Shown here: positions 1 through 11,311 of the stretch, one piece after another
How the letters are laid out: each line of letters begins with the position of its first letter
How positions within the stretch are numbered: position 1 is the stretch's first letter
Source: Alphaproteobacteria bacterium
GTDB taxonomy: Bacteria > Pseudomonadota > Alphaproteobacteria > JAAXGF01
Direction: 5' to 3'
NCBI GenBank assembly: GCA_963555825.3
Contig: CAUVXB020000002.1
Coordinates: 1,728,001 to 1,792,000, forward strand
DNA length: 64,000 nt
The notes under the pieces: model-generated
The model's input: the letters and a program-made list of their open reading frames with translations, nothing else
What the model was told of the DNA's origin: nothing
Databases searched by the model: none
Made by a program: the position numbers and the translations under genes

Positions 1-518
1 GTGGGCAGCGAGCGTGCGGGGGAAGTTTTTTTGAACGCCTCGATCACCCGCTGGTCCTGCTTGGGGTGCTGCGGCCGGGCGCTGATGTGGGAGAAGGACA
101 GCGCGACGAGAAGGTCGGAGATCGCCCGCTCGCTATAGATCACGCCAAAGCGTTCTTCGATCACCCGTTTCAGGTCAACCCGCCGCCAGCGAACCACACC
201 GTCAATCTCTGGATCGGGGCCCGTTTCGACGATCACCGACAGTTCGCCCATCTGCTCGTCGGTCAAGAGCCGGGGGCGGCCCGCACCGGGACGGTTCTTC
301 AAGCCGTCTGCCCCTTCATCGTTGAAGCGGTGCGCCCAGTCTCTCAGCGTCTGGCGATCCATGCCGCCGACCTTAGCGGCTTCCGCTCGGCTCATGCCGT
401 CGTAAACCGCCGCCAAGGCCAAAAGCCGGCGAACTTGGCGGGGATCGCGACTGTGCTTGGCCAAACACCGGAGCTCAATGCTGTCGTAGTCGTCCCGAAG
501 AGCAATGCATACTGACAT
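1..518 (-). CDS. IS630 transposase OrfA (HTH part), partial
   Basis: Same sequence as OrfA starting at 28643 (MSVCIALRDDYDS...GMDRQTLRDW). Confidence 0.85.
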   Translation of the reverse strand, partial: MSVCIALRDDYDSIELRCLAKHSRDPRQVRRLLALAAVYDGMSRAEAAKVGGMDRQTLRDWAHRFNDEGADGLKNRPGAGRPRLLTDEQMGELSVIVETGPDPEIDGVVRWRRVDLKRVIEERFGVIYSERAISDLLVALSFSHISARPQHPKQDQRVIEAFKKTSPARSLP

Positions 519-601
519 GGCGAATCTCCTTCGCCAGCCTTGAATCACATCCAGCCCAAAAAGGGAATCCCTTGCGAGTCAGAATTTTGCGCCGTTGGTA
601 T
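1..601 (-). mobile_element. IS630-family element, partial (runs off the window start)
   Basis: Reverse complement of 28560-29160. Terminus ATACCAACGGC at 601, followed by target TA at 602-603. Confidence 0.93.
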
Positions 602-1511
602 TACAGCCGTAAATGCGAGCACTAAAGCCGGCGCGACGCTCACAAGTTTCACGGGTAATGTCCTAATTGCTGAACAGTCTGAGATGGCAATCTACTCGCA
701 AAACGGTGGCACTCTTCCATTGTTCGTGTCGATAACTGCGGGCGGTACAGCGACCTTTGAAGCCAATTCTCTTGCGGGACCAAAAGACGAAGATGGAGAT
801 CTGCCGCCTGACCCTGCGAAGATCGTAACCACGAACTTCCCAGTGTTCCAAGCCAGCGAAACGGAAACCGCCTTCCTACCGATCCCACAGTGGGTGGATA
901 ACGGTGTCTTCTTGCCCATGGTGACAGGCTTGGGCTTCGATTGGTTCGAAAAGCAGATGATTGCGATCCTTGGTCCAATCGTGGCGGAAGGAGGCGATCT
1001 GGATGAAGTAATGCGTCAAATTTTCCAGATCGAAGTGGTAGGTCTTCCGGTCGACGTGCTTGGGCGAGTGGACCTGGATCACCGCTCTACATCTACCGTT
1101 CTTATCGATCCCTTTTTCAACAGTGCACGAATCAATGCCATCCCAGGGCTCATTATCTGTGGCAAGGTCATCGGCAACCACCTCACCAACGTATTAATTC
1201 ACGAAGGAAGACACACTTTTCAGAACTTCATAACCACCCTCGATCTGGACCAACAAGACGATATTCCATTTAGTCCCGACAATGACGATGACCGCGACTT
1301 TCTGGTCGATAGCGAGGACGTTCCCGCGTCTGCAAGCCTGAGCGGTATAATCCTTGACACGACCGCCTCACGAACGGTCTGCAATCAACGCACTAACGAG
1401 TTGCCCACACGTTCGTATAAGGGTGATGGTAGTCAACAAGGAGACGATATCAGCGATGTACTACTTGCAATTGAGTACGACGCCCATGTTTTCGCCGAAG
1501 CTCATGACTAG
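602..1511 (+). pseudogene. 3' part of an IS630-interrupted gene with a C-terminal HExxH (zincin-like) motif
   Basis: The first ~20 codons of ORF 540-1511 lie inside the IS. The remainder contains NVLIHEGRHTFQ, an acidic DNDDDRD loop and a downstream AIEYDAH (possible third zinc ligand). Confidence 0.65.
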
Positions 1512-1515
1512 GCTA

Positions 1516-1573
1516 ATGCCAATGCGCGTTCGCAGACCGTGGATCGGCTTCTTGGGTTTCTCGTTAGCCTTGG
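1516..1573 (+). pseudogene. 5' fragment (start of signal peptide) of the split 298-aa exported protein
   Basis: MPMRVRRPWIGFLGFSLAL joins in frame to VLSVFASS... at 5444 across the CTTGG duplication. Confidence 0.7.
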
Positions 1574-1770
1574 TGCGTCGTGCCCAAGTTGAAGTAACTG
1601 CCCGGGCTTCTATTTTCCCAATCGGCTCGACGAAGATGCGAGATCGCTATGCAGATGCCGGTTGAGGACCGGATTGGCCTTCGACCGCCGTGTTTGCTAT
1701 GCTACCGGCGACCGCAAGTGGTCATCTGGGAAATCTCGGAAGAATGGCCATCCAAAGGACCTACTGAACC

Positions 1771-2338
1771 GTGGAACCCCTTCTCTACCTAGAGTTATCG
1801 GCGTGGGCGGCTGGCTCCGTTGCGTCGATTTTCGTTGCAACGCACGCGGTGGCCCGCACACGATTCAACGAAGAACTCTCGTACGCACTAAGAAATTTTG
1901 ATTTCGAACGCTGGTCGAAATCGTGGCAAGATAAATTCGCCACGCTGATAGACATAGTTTTTGGAAAGAAGCCACTCTCGTTCTCCTTTTTCTTCCGTTC
2001 GTGCGTGGCTTCGTTCACGGCTGTTTTCTTGTTGTTCATTGTCTTTCTTATCATCGCCGGCATCGGTCCTCGTACTTACATTGCGTCGTGGCCTCCGGGA
2101 CGGCTGATACCAGGGTTGAAGTTCCTGATTTTGGGGAATTTTGTGCCAGACTATCTCTCGTTGCTTGAAACACGGTTTCTTGTTCGACGAATGGATGGCT
2201 CGTCTACTCTTCTTCGCGTCGCTCTGTTCCTAATGGTTGATTTTGTGGCTACAATTATCGTTTTCGGTTTGGTGAACCCGCCGATTTCATTTATGAGATT
2301 TGTGTCAGTGAGCATAGCTGATGTCGACAAACTTATAG
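1771..2338 (+). pseudogene. Multi-pass membrane protein, 3'-truncated at the IS1380 IRR (passenger DNA)
   Basis: Several hydrophobic segments and an NFVPDYLSLLETR motif. The ORF reads into IS sequence after 2338. Confidence 0.6.
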
Positions 2339-3729
2339 CCGACATTCCCCATATACCATCCAAATTCGTGGAAATCGTACCACTTTCCCACCGCCAAGGG
2401 AACTGTATCCCCTATGCAGCCATCCGATGGCATGATTTTGGTAATCGGCCCGCGCTTGGAAGGCCACTCGGTCATTTTTCTCGCCATCCAGACACACCTC
2501 TCCTGTCGCTTTCTCCTCGCCGTCGATTCCCTCGGCCTACGCCGGAGCGGGTCTTCGTCGCAGATCATCAATCAAGCTCAGGATTTTCCGGAACAGGTCC
2601 CTCGGCACCGCCACCTCAGCCAATTGGAACGTAACGTAGCGGCCATGTCGGACAACCTTGGCCCCGATCTTCACCAGCTTGTCGCGCAACGTCGTCATCG
2701 ACCAGTGCTCCACCTCCTTCGGCAAAGCCAGTGTCCTCATGAAGTTGCCCAGATTGTAGGCCAGGGCGTGAAGCTGGAGCCGAACGGCATTGTTGCGGAA
2801 CTTGCGACATGACAGACGGGTCCAGTTGATGGCGTTCTTGCCTTCCTTGATGTGCTGCTCCGCCGTGCCACGGTGATTATAGAACGCCACCACCCGCTTG
2901 GTAGGGCGCGACAGATTAGTGACGATGAAACCGACGCGAGGAACCAGCTCGCCGGGGTGCCACTCCACTTTGGCCACGACACGGCGCTTCTTGTTCCACG
3001 ATCCGGCCTGATAGCTGAAGCTGGCGTGGAAACGGCGAACATGGTCGGGCGGGCGACCGACAGGTCGCGTAAGCAGATGGGCAATGTTCCGCTGGAGAAT
3101 CGCGTTCGCTTTGAGGCGGATGACGTAGAGTAATCCCTCGGCTTCGAGATATTCGTATATCTCCGGTGAGGCGAAGGCGGCATCGCCACGAAAATACAGC
3201 CGCACCTTCCTTTCCTTATAGCGCATCACCACCGGCTCCAGAACATTCCGCCATCCGTCGGCACTGTGAACATTACCGGGGCGCAGGGAACATCTCTCCA
3301 AGTCGCCGAACTGGTTGAACAGGAATAGCGGATGGTAGCAGGTACAGCCGAAGTGACCATTGTACGCTGTTCCCTCTTGTTCGCCATGGGTCGGGCTGAC
3401 GCTGCTGTCCATGTCGAGAATGATCATCTTCGGCGGATGGCGGTCATGAACCTTGTCGATCCACACCCCGTTCATGTCGACCAAGGCTTCAACGTTCTCG
3501 TCGGTGGCCAATAGCTCCGTCTCGAAGCGTCCCATCTGGCTGGTGGAAGCGGCCTGTCTTTCGATGGCCTTGCCGCCAACAATCCAGCGCATGGCGGGAT
3601 CGCGTCCCAGACGGTCGGCGTCGTTCACATCGTCATAGCCGCCAAGGCGCCCGAAAACGGACTGGCGAAACTGACCCGTCATGCCGTGCCATCCGTTCTT
3701 GCCGGTACGGCTATCCTGGAAAACACCCT

Positions 3730-5179
3730 GGAGATGTCCCGGTCGATGTTGAAAAGTTGAGGTAGGTGTCGCTCTCCTGGAGCCGTTAGGCTCCGGGTGC
3801 TGCAAACCCAAGAGGGAGAACGACACCATGGGAAAGGATATCCGTAGTTCCAGTAGCCCGAAAGCCCTTGCCACCTCGTTTCCTATGCCGCCGCTGGCAG
3901 ACGCGATGGACGCAGTCCGTCTCAGCGTGGATCGGTTCTGTCTCCTGGCCGGGGTCGAGGCCTTGGCCGAGATGATGGAGGAGGACGCCACGACCGTGTG
4001 CGGGGCCCGACATCGTCGCCATGGGAACCGTCGGGGTTATCGCTGGGGCCATACGCAGAGCGAGATCGGCTACCACGGCGGCCGCGTGAAAGTGCAGCGG
4101 CCACGGGTTCGCGACCATGCTGGCAAGGAGGTGGGTTTGGAGAGCTGGCAGGTGCTGCGCGACGGCAACCTGTTGCTCGAGTGGGCGCTCAACCTGATGG
4201 TCCTGAACGTGTCGACCCGCAAGTACCACCGCGCGGTCCGTCTGCCCGAGGGCGACCTGGCGAAAGCGCGTGGCGACGGCACCTCGAAGTCGGCCGTTTC
4301 CCGGCGCTTTGTGGCGCTGTCGCGCAAGAAGATGAAGGCCTGGCTCGCCTCGGACCTCTCGGAGCTCGACCTGCTGGTCATCCAGATCGACGGTCTGCAT
4401 GTCGGCGACCATGTCTTGGTGGCGGCGATCGGCGTCGATGGCAACGGCGACAAGCATGTCCTGGCCGTGGTCGAGGGGGCGACGGAGAACACTGTCGTCG
4501 TCCAGGCCTTGCTCGACAATCTCCTCGCCAGGGGGCTCGATCCGACGCTGCCCCGGCTGTTCATCGTCGATGGCGCGAAGGCGCTCAGCAAAGCGATCCG
4601 CAACACCTTCGGTGTGGCCGCCGCCATCCAGCGCTGCCAGGTCCACAAGGGCCGTAACATCATCGAGCGCCTGCCCCTGCATTTGCATGCGAGCGTCAAG
4701 AAGGCGCTCCGTCAGGCCTGGGACCAGGACGACGCAGACAAGGCCGAACGGCTGCTGCGCAACCTGGCCCGGCGTCTGGAGCATGAGGAACCGGGCGTCT
4801 CGGGCAGCATCCTGGAGGGGCTGGACGAGATCCTCACCGTCATCCGCCTCGGCCTGCCGCACGAACTCCGGCGCTCGCTCGCCTGCACCAACATCGTCGA
4901 GAACGCGCTCGGCACGGTGCGCCAGGTCACCCGCAACGTCAAACGCTGGAGACACGCCGAGATGGCGCTCAGATGGACCGCCGCCGGCCTGCTGGAGGCC
5001 CAGAAAACCTTCCGTCGCCTCAAGGCCTATCGTCAGCTGCCCATCCTCCGAAATGCTCTCCAGGAACACTTGAGAAAGGCTCAGGCCGACAGTGCCATTG
5101 AAACCATCATGAAGGCAGCATAGCATCATCAACCAGCGACGCCTGCCCCACGAATTTCAACAGAGATAGGGACATCGCC
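3730..5179 (+). mobile_element. IS256-family element
   Basis: IRs GGAGATGTCCCGGTCGATGTTGAAA / GGCGATGTCCCTATCTCTGTTGAAA (rc). 8-bp TSD AACACCCT at 3722-3729 and 5180-5187. Confidence 0.93.
3828..5123 (+). CDS. IS256-family (mutator-type) transposase
   Basis: IDG...AIGVDGNGDKHVL..EGATEN, IVDGAKAL, QRCQVHK and TNIVE motifs. Confidence 0.92.
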   Translation: MGKDIRSSSSPKALATSFPMPPLADAMDAVRLSVDRFCLLAGVEALAEMMEEDATTVCGARHRRHGNRRGYRWGHTQSEIGYHGGRVKVQRPRVRDHAGKEVGLESWQVLRDGNLLLEWALNLMVLNVSTRKYHRAVRLPEGDLAKARGDGTSKSAVSRRFVALSRKKMKAWLASDLSELDLLVIQIDGLHVGDHVLVAAIGVDGNGDKHVLAVVEGATENTVVVQALLDNLLARGLDPTLPRLFIVDGAKALSKAIRNTFGVAAAIQRCQVHKGRNIIERLPLHLHASVKKALRQAWDQDDADKAERLLRNLARRLEHEEPGVSGSILEGLDEILTVIRLGLPHELRRSLACTNIVENALGTVRQVTRNVKRWRHAEMALRWTAAGLLEAQKTFRRLKAYRQLPILRNALQEHLRKAQADSAIETIMKAA

Positions 5180-5443
5180 AACACCCTCGGCCATCTCAGT
5201 CAGGCCGAGGGCATCGTCAAGCTCCCGGTAGGCGAGCAACCCGGCATCAGAGGTGATCTTGGAACCGTGGAATTCAAGCTTCAATCGACGGTCAAAAACG
5301 ACCCGAAGGCACCCCGGTTTCGATTCACCCATCGGGTGTGCCATATCCGCCGCTCCATGTATGCTACAACTTCATGATTCTTATAGCAGAATCGCCTTCT
5401 CGCCGCACTGAATATCGACGATACTTGGGAAATGCGGGCTTGG

Positions 5444-5941
5444 TCTTATCTGTTTTTGCGTCCTCCGTGAATTTGAACCCCTCTCTTGCATTTACGGTGC
5501 CTGCTTCGGAAGCGCGCAAAGACATCGATCGTCTATACGGACTTGCTGTACAGAGCGAGCATCGCGAGGCGGCGATTGAGGACATCCGGGCCTATGTCGA
5601 ACGCGGGGGCATTAAGTTATCAGACCAACGATACGCCTTGAGACGGCTGGAAGAATTGCCCGCGCCCGAACTTAAGGATTATCTCCTGCGCGTGGCCATC
5701 GGGGAGGTCGAGTTCGAGAACAGCGCATACCTTCGTGGTAATGCCCATCGGGCATACTGGGCTACTCTTCTTGCAGAAGCGAAAGACGCGGCGGACGAAG
5801 AGCGCATTCTTGTCGAGGGTCTGGAGGCTCACATTAAAGGGGCGCCTGACGGGTCTGTCAGGGCCTGGTCAGCCGGCGAACTGTGCCGAAGGGGTAAGTC
5901 CGAACATTTTGAAAAAATTTCCCGGTCGCTGAACAGGTATA
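5444..5941 (+). pseudogene. Middle fragment of the split exported helical (HEAT-like) protein
   Basis: Open frame from the signal-peptide end (NPSLA-FT) to ...SLNRY, cut by IS630 at TA 5940-5941. Confidence 0.7.
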
Positions 5942-7127
5942 ATACCGACTCCGCCTGAATGATTCGGTTGCGACGGATTCCCGTTGGAATCGGAAAGGGT
6001 TAGGATCCGTAGTCATGATTCGCGGAGGGGCGGGACATGGCGCATGTCGAGGAACATTTGCAGCTTTCTGAGTTGGAGGGACGGTATCGCTCGGCGAAAC
6101 ACATCTTTCGGAGGCGACGGAGGCGCGGCACTTCCAGGTGATCTGGCTTTTGGCCAAAGGCCATACGGTTCGCGAAGTGTCGGAGATGACGAGTTTCGGC
6201 CAACGCTGGCTCGAACAATTGCTTTCTCGCTACAACAAGCTCGGCCCGTCGTCGCTGGGCGATCGTCGACGCTCGAACGGCTCCGAGGCGACGATCCTGA
6301 AGCCGGAAGTCCTGGCGGTGTTGAAAGAGCGCCTGAAAAAGCCGCCGGCGGACGGCGGCTTGTGGTCTGGGCCGAAGGTGGCGGCTTGGATGGCGGGCGA
6401 ACTGGGCTTGGAGACGGTGGCGCCGCAACGGGGCTGGGAGGCGCTGAAGGCAGTCGAGTGGAGTTTGCAGGTGCCCAGGCCGAACAACCCCGGGGCGGCG
6501 AGCGAGGAAGAACGCCAGGCGTTTAAAAAAAACTTCACCGCCTGGTCGCGGAAGAAGCCGAGCGCCACCCCGGCACGCCAATCGAAGTCTTCGCCAGCGA
6601 CGAACACCGGCTCGGTCTGAAGCCATTGGCCCGGCGCTGCTGGGCGCCGCGCGGGATGCGCCCGGTGGCGCTCGGCCACCACCGCTTCAAATGGCTCTAC
6701 GTCACCGCCCTCGTCTCGCCGACCAGCGGAGAGACCTTTTGGTACATCTCCAATTGTGTCTCCAAGCCATTCTTCGAGAAGCTGCTCGCCCTCTTCGCCC
6801 GCGAGGCCGGCGCTGGGCAGAGCCGCATCATCATCCTGGTGATCGACGGCGCCGGGTGGCACACGGCGCCGAACCTCACGGTGCCGGAAGGCCTCCACCT
6901 CGTCTACTTGCCGCCCTATACGCCCCAGCTGCAACCGGCCGAATGTCTCTGGCCCGTACTCGACGAGCCGGTCGCAAACAGACACTTCGAGACCATCGAG
7001 GAACTCGACGCCGTCGTCGCCCGGCGCTGCCTCACTCTCGATGCCAATCCCGAACTCTTCAAGGGGCGTATCGACTTCCACTGGTGGCCCAAAACCATCT
7101 ATCCGAACTGATCAGCCGGATGCGGTA
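5942..7127 (+). mobile_element. IS630-family element with probably inactive transposase
   Basis: TA duplication 5940-41 / 7128-29. IRs ATACCGACTCCGCCTGA / TACCGCATCCGGCTGA (rc). A-run slippery site near 6525. OrfA (from ATG 6037) has an extra frameshift near 6100-6110. OrfB has DGAGWH and LPPYTPQLQPAE. Confidence 0.9.
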
Positions 7128-7129
7128 TA

Positions 7130-7470
7130 ACACTAACAGTAGAGCCCAGCAAAGGATTGACCTCTGCGGAAGACAAATCGAGCAGATAAACATGTTCGAT
7201 AGCCGATTGGCGGCAATGAAACACATCTTTGAGGTGGTCGACCCAACCAAGGAAACTGCTCTCATCGAATGGGCAGCAGATGAGATAATCGATCTACAAC
7301 CAGATGAAATGGAAAAAATATTCATTGATTATTTGTTGAGGCTTCAGAACGACTTAAAGATAGAATTTGGAGATTCGTTATATCATGTGCCTTTTGATTT
7401 CCTTCGCAAAAATAATTGGACTGACGATGAGTTCGAGGCGCGCGGGATTAAACCAATGCATTGGATCTAA
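7130..7470 (+). pseudogene. 3' fragment of the split exported protein
   Basis: Continues RY|NTNSRAQQRIDL...KPMHWI* in frame once the IS630 is removed. Confidence 0.7.
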
Positions 7471-7543
7471 TGTGCATCGACAACGTAGCGTTCAACCTGC
7501 CGAGAAATGTGCGCGCGAGCGATCGAGCAGAGGGAGACACGAG

Positions 7544-10500
7544 ATGACGACGACACGATTGGGAAACCAAGTTCCTCGTACGGCCGCACGGCCGATCCGC
7601 GCGTTCCTAGTGCTGCTCGGCGTTGTCGTTCTCCAATTGACGATCCCAGCCGCGGAAGAGGCTCACGCCCAGCAAGTCGTGCTCGACGAGAACTGCGTCA
7701 TCACGATCCTCAACCGCACCTCGCGGGTCAAGGAGGATGGCTCGTGGCGGGTCGACAACGTGCCGAGCAACTTCGGACCAACCCGCGCACGCGCCACCTG
7801 CATCGTCGACGGGCAGACCGTCTCGGGCGCGTCCGGCTTCTTCGTCATCCAGCCCAACCAGGGCAACGGCTTCGACGCCGACATCCCGCTCGGCGCGCCC
7901 GATCCGGTGCCCGCCAGCCTGACGATACCGCCGCTTGCCGGCGCGCTCGGCGGGGTCGGCGCGACGGCGCAGCTCGTCGTCACGGCGAACTTCACCGACG
8001 GCTCGACGGCCGACGTCGCGGCGGCGCTCGGCGTCTCGTACACGAGCACCAATCCGGCCATCGTCGCGGTCTCGGCGACCGGCGAGGTGACCGCGGTGAT
8101 GAGCGGCACGGCGGCGATCACCGCGCTGTTCGACGGCGCCGTCGGCATGGTGCTGGTCGGCGTCGTGCTGAGCGGCGATTCGGACGGCGACGGCATCCCC
8201 GACGACGTCGAGCTGGCGGCGGGCCTCAACCCCGACGACCCGCTCGACGGGCTCGAGGACCCGGACGGCGACGGCCTGACCAACAAGCAGGAGCTGGTCG
8301 ACTTCGGCACCGACTTCGAGGTTGCCGACACCGACGCCGACGGCATCGACGACGGCGAGGAGGTGGTCGCCGGGGCCGACGGCTTCGTCACCAACCCGCT
8401 GGCCGCCGATTCGGACGGCGACGGCATCGACGACGGCGAGGAGGTGGTTGCCGGCGCCGACGGTTTCATCACCGATCCGCTGGTCACCGATTCGGACGGC
8501 GACGGGCTGAGCGACGGCCTCGAGATCGCCACCGGCAGCGACCCGACCGACGCGCTGAGCTTCAACCTGGCCTCGGCGCTGCAGGAACTGACCATCGCGC
8601 CCGAGCTGTTCCGGATCGAGCTCGACCCGGATGGCGCAGACGTCTTTCAGCAGCTCACGGTGACCGGCGAGCTGATCGACGGCACGTTCATCGACGTCAC
8701 CGAGCCGATCCGCGGAACGGTCTACAGCCTGGCCGATCCGACGGCGTGCAGCTTCGGTTTCGAGCCGGGCCGCGTGTTCGGCGATTTGGCCGGGATTTGC
8801 GCCGTTACCGCCTCGATCGGCGGCTTTAGCGCCGAGGCGACCGGCACGGTGGTCGGCTTCACGCCGGGCGGCCTGGCCTCGATCAAGATTCCGGGCTTCG
8901 CCAACAACGTCGACGTCCAGGGCTCGCTCGCCTATGTCGCGGCCGGCGAGGCCGGCCTGCAAGTGGTCGACGTCAGCGTGCCGGGCGAACCGGTGATCGT
9001 CGGCGCCTTCGACACGCCGGGCAACGCCAACGACGTCAAGGCGGTGGGCACGCTCGCCTACATCGCCGACGGCTCGGCCGGCCTGCAGATCGTCGACGTC
9101 AGCGACCCGACGGCGCCGGTCGGCGTCGGGGCGGTCGACACGCCGGGCGACGCGCATGACCTCGCGGTATCGGGCGCCTTCGCCTATGTCGCCGACGGGA
9201 CACCCGTCGGAGGCGGCGCGTCGGGACTGAACATCATCGACATCAGCGTACCCGGCGCGCCGGCGATCGTCGGCACCTTCGGCTTCGCCGGCAGCGCCGA
9301 GGCGGTCGCCGTGACCGGCACTGTCGCCGCCGTGTTGGTTGGTGACCCGACCAAGGCACTCCAACTGATCGATGTCAGCGTGCCGGCGGCGCCCACGCTG
9401 GCCGGCTCGGCGGCGCTCGCCTTCACTGTGGTGAGATCGATCTTTACGCACGACGTGGAGATCGCCGGCGATCTCGCCTATCTCGTTGTCGGTGAGGGCG
9501 GCTTTGTCATCGTCGATATCCTCGACCCGACAGCGCCGGCGGTGGTCGCGACGACCTTCCAGCGGTTCACTCGTGACGTCGCCGTGGCGAACGATGTCGC
9601 TTTCATCATCAAATTTCGGGATCTCAGCAACATCTTTGGGCGTTTCATCCCGTTCGATGTGAGCGACCCGACGGCGCCGCTCGCGCAGACGCCCATCCAG
9701 ATTTCGACGTCGTTCACCGGCTATACCGGCACGGGCATTGTTACGGCCGGCAATTTCGCCTTCGTGTCGGCGCAATTTCTCGCATTCACCCGGAAGATCG
9801 GCGTGGATTGGTTCAGTCGCCTGTTCGTCGTTCAGCACAGCCCGTTCGACGACAGCGCCGGCGTGGCGCCGACCGCCAGCATCACGACGCCGACAGGCGC
9901 CGGCCCGATCGTCCAGGGACAGGACTTCGTGATCGAAGCCGCGGCGAGTGACGATGTGGCGGTCGCCTCGGTCGAGTTTCTGATCGATGGCGTGCCGGTC
10001 TTCGTCGATACCGCCGCGCCCTTCGAATTCGAGACGACCTTCCCCGAGGCCGCGCTTGATCTGGAAATCTCGGTGCGGGCGTATGACTACGCCAACACCC
10101 CTGGGAACACCGCTGTCGTCGTCGTGCCCGGCGCGCCCGATCTCTTCACGACGGTCGAGGGGACGGTCGTCGACGGCGACGGCTTCGCGGTCGAAGGGGC
10201 GGTCGTGAGCTGTCTCGGCGCCGAGGGGATCAGCGACGCGATCGGCGACTTCTCGGTCGTCGGCATTCCGACCACGAAGGGGCCATTCGCCTGCCACGTC
10301 GTCTTCGACCCGGTCGTGGATGCGCCGATCGACGGACAATCGATTACAATCGCGCCAATCCCCCTCGCGGTCTTCGATGTCGGGACGATCGAGCTGCGCT
10401 CGTGGACGCTCTTCGCCACCGCGCATGCCTTCGCTGGCCAGCCCAGCTCGCTCTACCAGATCGACAGCGAGACCGGCGCGGCGAGTCTCGTCGGCAATAT

Positions 10501-11140
10501 CGGGTTCAAATCCGTCAGCGGCATGGACTTCGATCCGATCGGCGAAACGCTGTATGCGACCGGCTTCCGCGACGTCAGCCCGTCCCGTGGCAACGAGGTC
10601 CTCTTCACGATCGACCAGAGCACCGGCGCCGGAACGGAAGTCGGATCGACGACCCTCGATCAATCCACAATCATCAACAAAGTCCCGGGCCTGACGTTCA
10701 GGGCCTCGGATGGCGTGCTCTATGCGTATGTCAGGCCCATCCAGGTCCTGATGACCATCGACATAGCGACGGGCGAGACCGATGTGGTTGACCGGACGAT
10801 CCCTTTCAGCACGGCAGGCAACGCCCTAACTTACTCGCCCGACGATACGCTGTATCTCATGTGGTCGGACTTCGTCACGACGAACCTTGCCACGCTCGAC
10901 CCGATCGACGGACGCCAGGTCGAGATCGGTCAGCTCTTCCTTCCGGTCGCGTCGGAGTTCGACACCCGCGTCTCGGCCGCCGACTATCATCCGCCGACCG
11001 GCCTGCTCTACGGCGTGCTGCGCGGCGTCTTCGTATTCGAAGACAGCTTCATCGTGACCATCGATACCGAGACGCGCGACGTGACCATCATCGGCCAATC
11101 CATCGATGGGCTCGACGCCCTGGCCTGGGTGCGCGACTGA
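7544..11140 (+). CDS. Large exported surface protein (1198 aa): Ig-like domains, DxDxDG calcium-binding repeats, LVIVD repeats, C-terminal beta-propeller-like region
   Basis: RBS AGGGAG before ATG 7544, signal peptide ending AHA-QQ, repeated DSDGDG, repeated [16 protein letters not shown] and [16 protein letters not shown]. Confidence 0.85.
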   Translation: MTTTRLGNQVPRTAARPIRAFLVLLGVVVLQLTIPAAEEAHAQQVVLDENCVITILNRTSRVKEDGSWRVDNVPSNFGPTRARATCIVDGQTVSGASGFFVIQPNQGNGFDADIPLGAPDPVPASLTIPPLAGALGGVGATAQLVVTANFTDGSTADVAAALGVSYTSTNPAIVAVSATGEVTAVMSGTAAITALFDGAVGMVLVGVVLSGDSDGDGIPDDVELAAGLNPDDPLDGLEDPDGDGLTNKQELVDFGTDFEVADTDADGIDDGEEVVAGADGFVTNPLAADSDGDGIDDGEEVVAGADGFITDPLVTDSDGDGLSDGLEIATGSDPTDALSFNLASALQELTIAPELFRIELDPDGADVFQQLTVTGELIDGTFIDVTEPIRGTVYSLADPTACSFGFEPGRVFGDLAGICAVTASIGGFSAEATGTVVGFTPGGLASIKIPGFANNVDVQGSLAYVAAGEAGLQVVDVSVPGEPVIVGAFDTPGNANDVKAVGTLAYIADGSAGLQIVDVSDPTAPVGVGAVDTPGDAHDLAVSGAFAYVADGTPVGGGASGLNIIDISVPGAPAIVGTFGFAGSAEAVAVTGTVAAVLVGDPTKALQLIDVSVPAAPTLAGSAALAFTVVRSIFTHDVEIAGDLAYLVVGEGGFVIVDILDPTAPAVVATTFQRFTRDVAVANDVAFIIKFRDLSNIFGRFIPFDVSDPTAPLAQTPIQISTSFTGYTGTGIVTAGNFAFVSAQFLAFTRKIGVDWFSRLFVVQHSPFDDSAGVAPTASITTPTGAGPIVQGQDFVIEAAASDDVAVASVEFLIDGVPVFVDTAAPFEFETTFPEAALDLEISVRAYDYANTPGNTAVVVVPGAPDLFTTVEGTVVDGDGFAVEGAVVSCLGAEGISDAIGDFSVVGIPTTKGPFACHVVFDPVVDAPIDGQSITIAPIPLAVFDVGTIELRSWTLFATAHAFAGQPSSLYQIDSETGAASLVGNIGFKSVSGMDFDPIGETLYATGFRDVSPSRGNEVLFTIDQSTGAGTEVGSTTLDQSTIINKVPGLTFRASDGVLYAYVRPIQVLMTIDIATGETDVVDRTIPFSTAGNALTYSPDDTLYLMWSDFVTTNLATLDPIDGRQVEIGQLFLPVASEFDTRVSAADYHPPTGLLYGVLRGVFVFEDSFIVTIDTETRDVTIIGQSIDGLDALAWVRD
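8339..8500 (+). repeat. In-frame 81-bp tandem duplication (27-aa acidic repeat)
   Basis: [16 protein letters not shown](V/I)T(N/D)PL..DSDG occurs twice, starting at 8339 and 8420. Confidence 0.85.
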
Positions 11141-11311
11141 GTTCGGGGCAAGCTCGCAACCCGTCGCACAGTCGGACTATCCGTAGCAGATAATCTACAG
11201 GCGTCCCATTTGCCTCGGCAGCCCGCCGGCGTCGTTCTTCGCCCGCAACGACGCGACCTCGGCCTCGAGTTCGGCGATCCGGTCGTGGAGGGGCGCGAGG
11301 AGGGCGGTGAC

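Larger units (their letters stand above)
2537..5332 (-). pseudogene. IS1380 transposase split by IS256 (N-part 5188-5332, C-part 2537-3729)
   Basis: [40 protein letters not shown] and YNHRGTAEQHIKEGK motifs. The frame is restored when 3730-5187 is removed. Confidence 0.9.
2339..5438 (-). mobile_element. IS1380-family element, interrupted by IS256
   Basis: Imperfect IRs CCGACATTCCCCATATAC (2339) and CCCGCATTTCCCAAGTAT (rc, 5438) flank an IS1380-type transposase. Confidence 0.85.

Noticed and set aside
540-601. Start codon of the 323-aa ORF
   Set aside because: It lies inside the IS630 terminus, so the gene is a 3' remnant.
2537-3991. 484-aa ORF as an intact IS1380 transposase
   Set aside because: Its N-terminal part comes from IS256 antisense sequence. 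The true N-terminus is at 5188-5332.
7607-10663. 1018-aa minus-strand ORF and similar long ORFs (12306-14348, 3786-5132, 19989-21410, 46640-47938)
   Set aside because: Antisense shadows of real high-GC genes with no independent motifs. The 3' end of 19989-21410 is the true acdS start.
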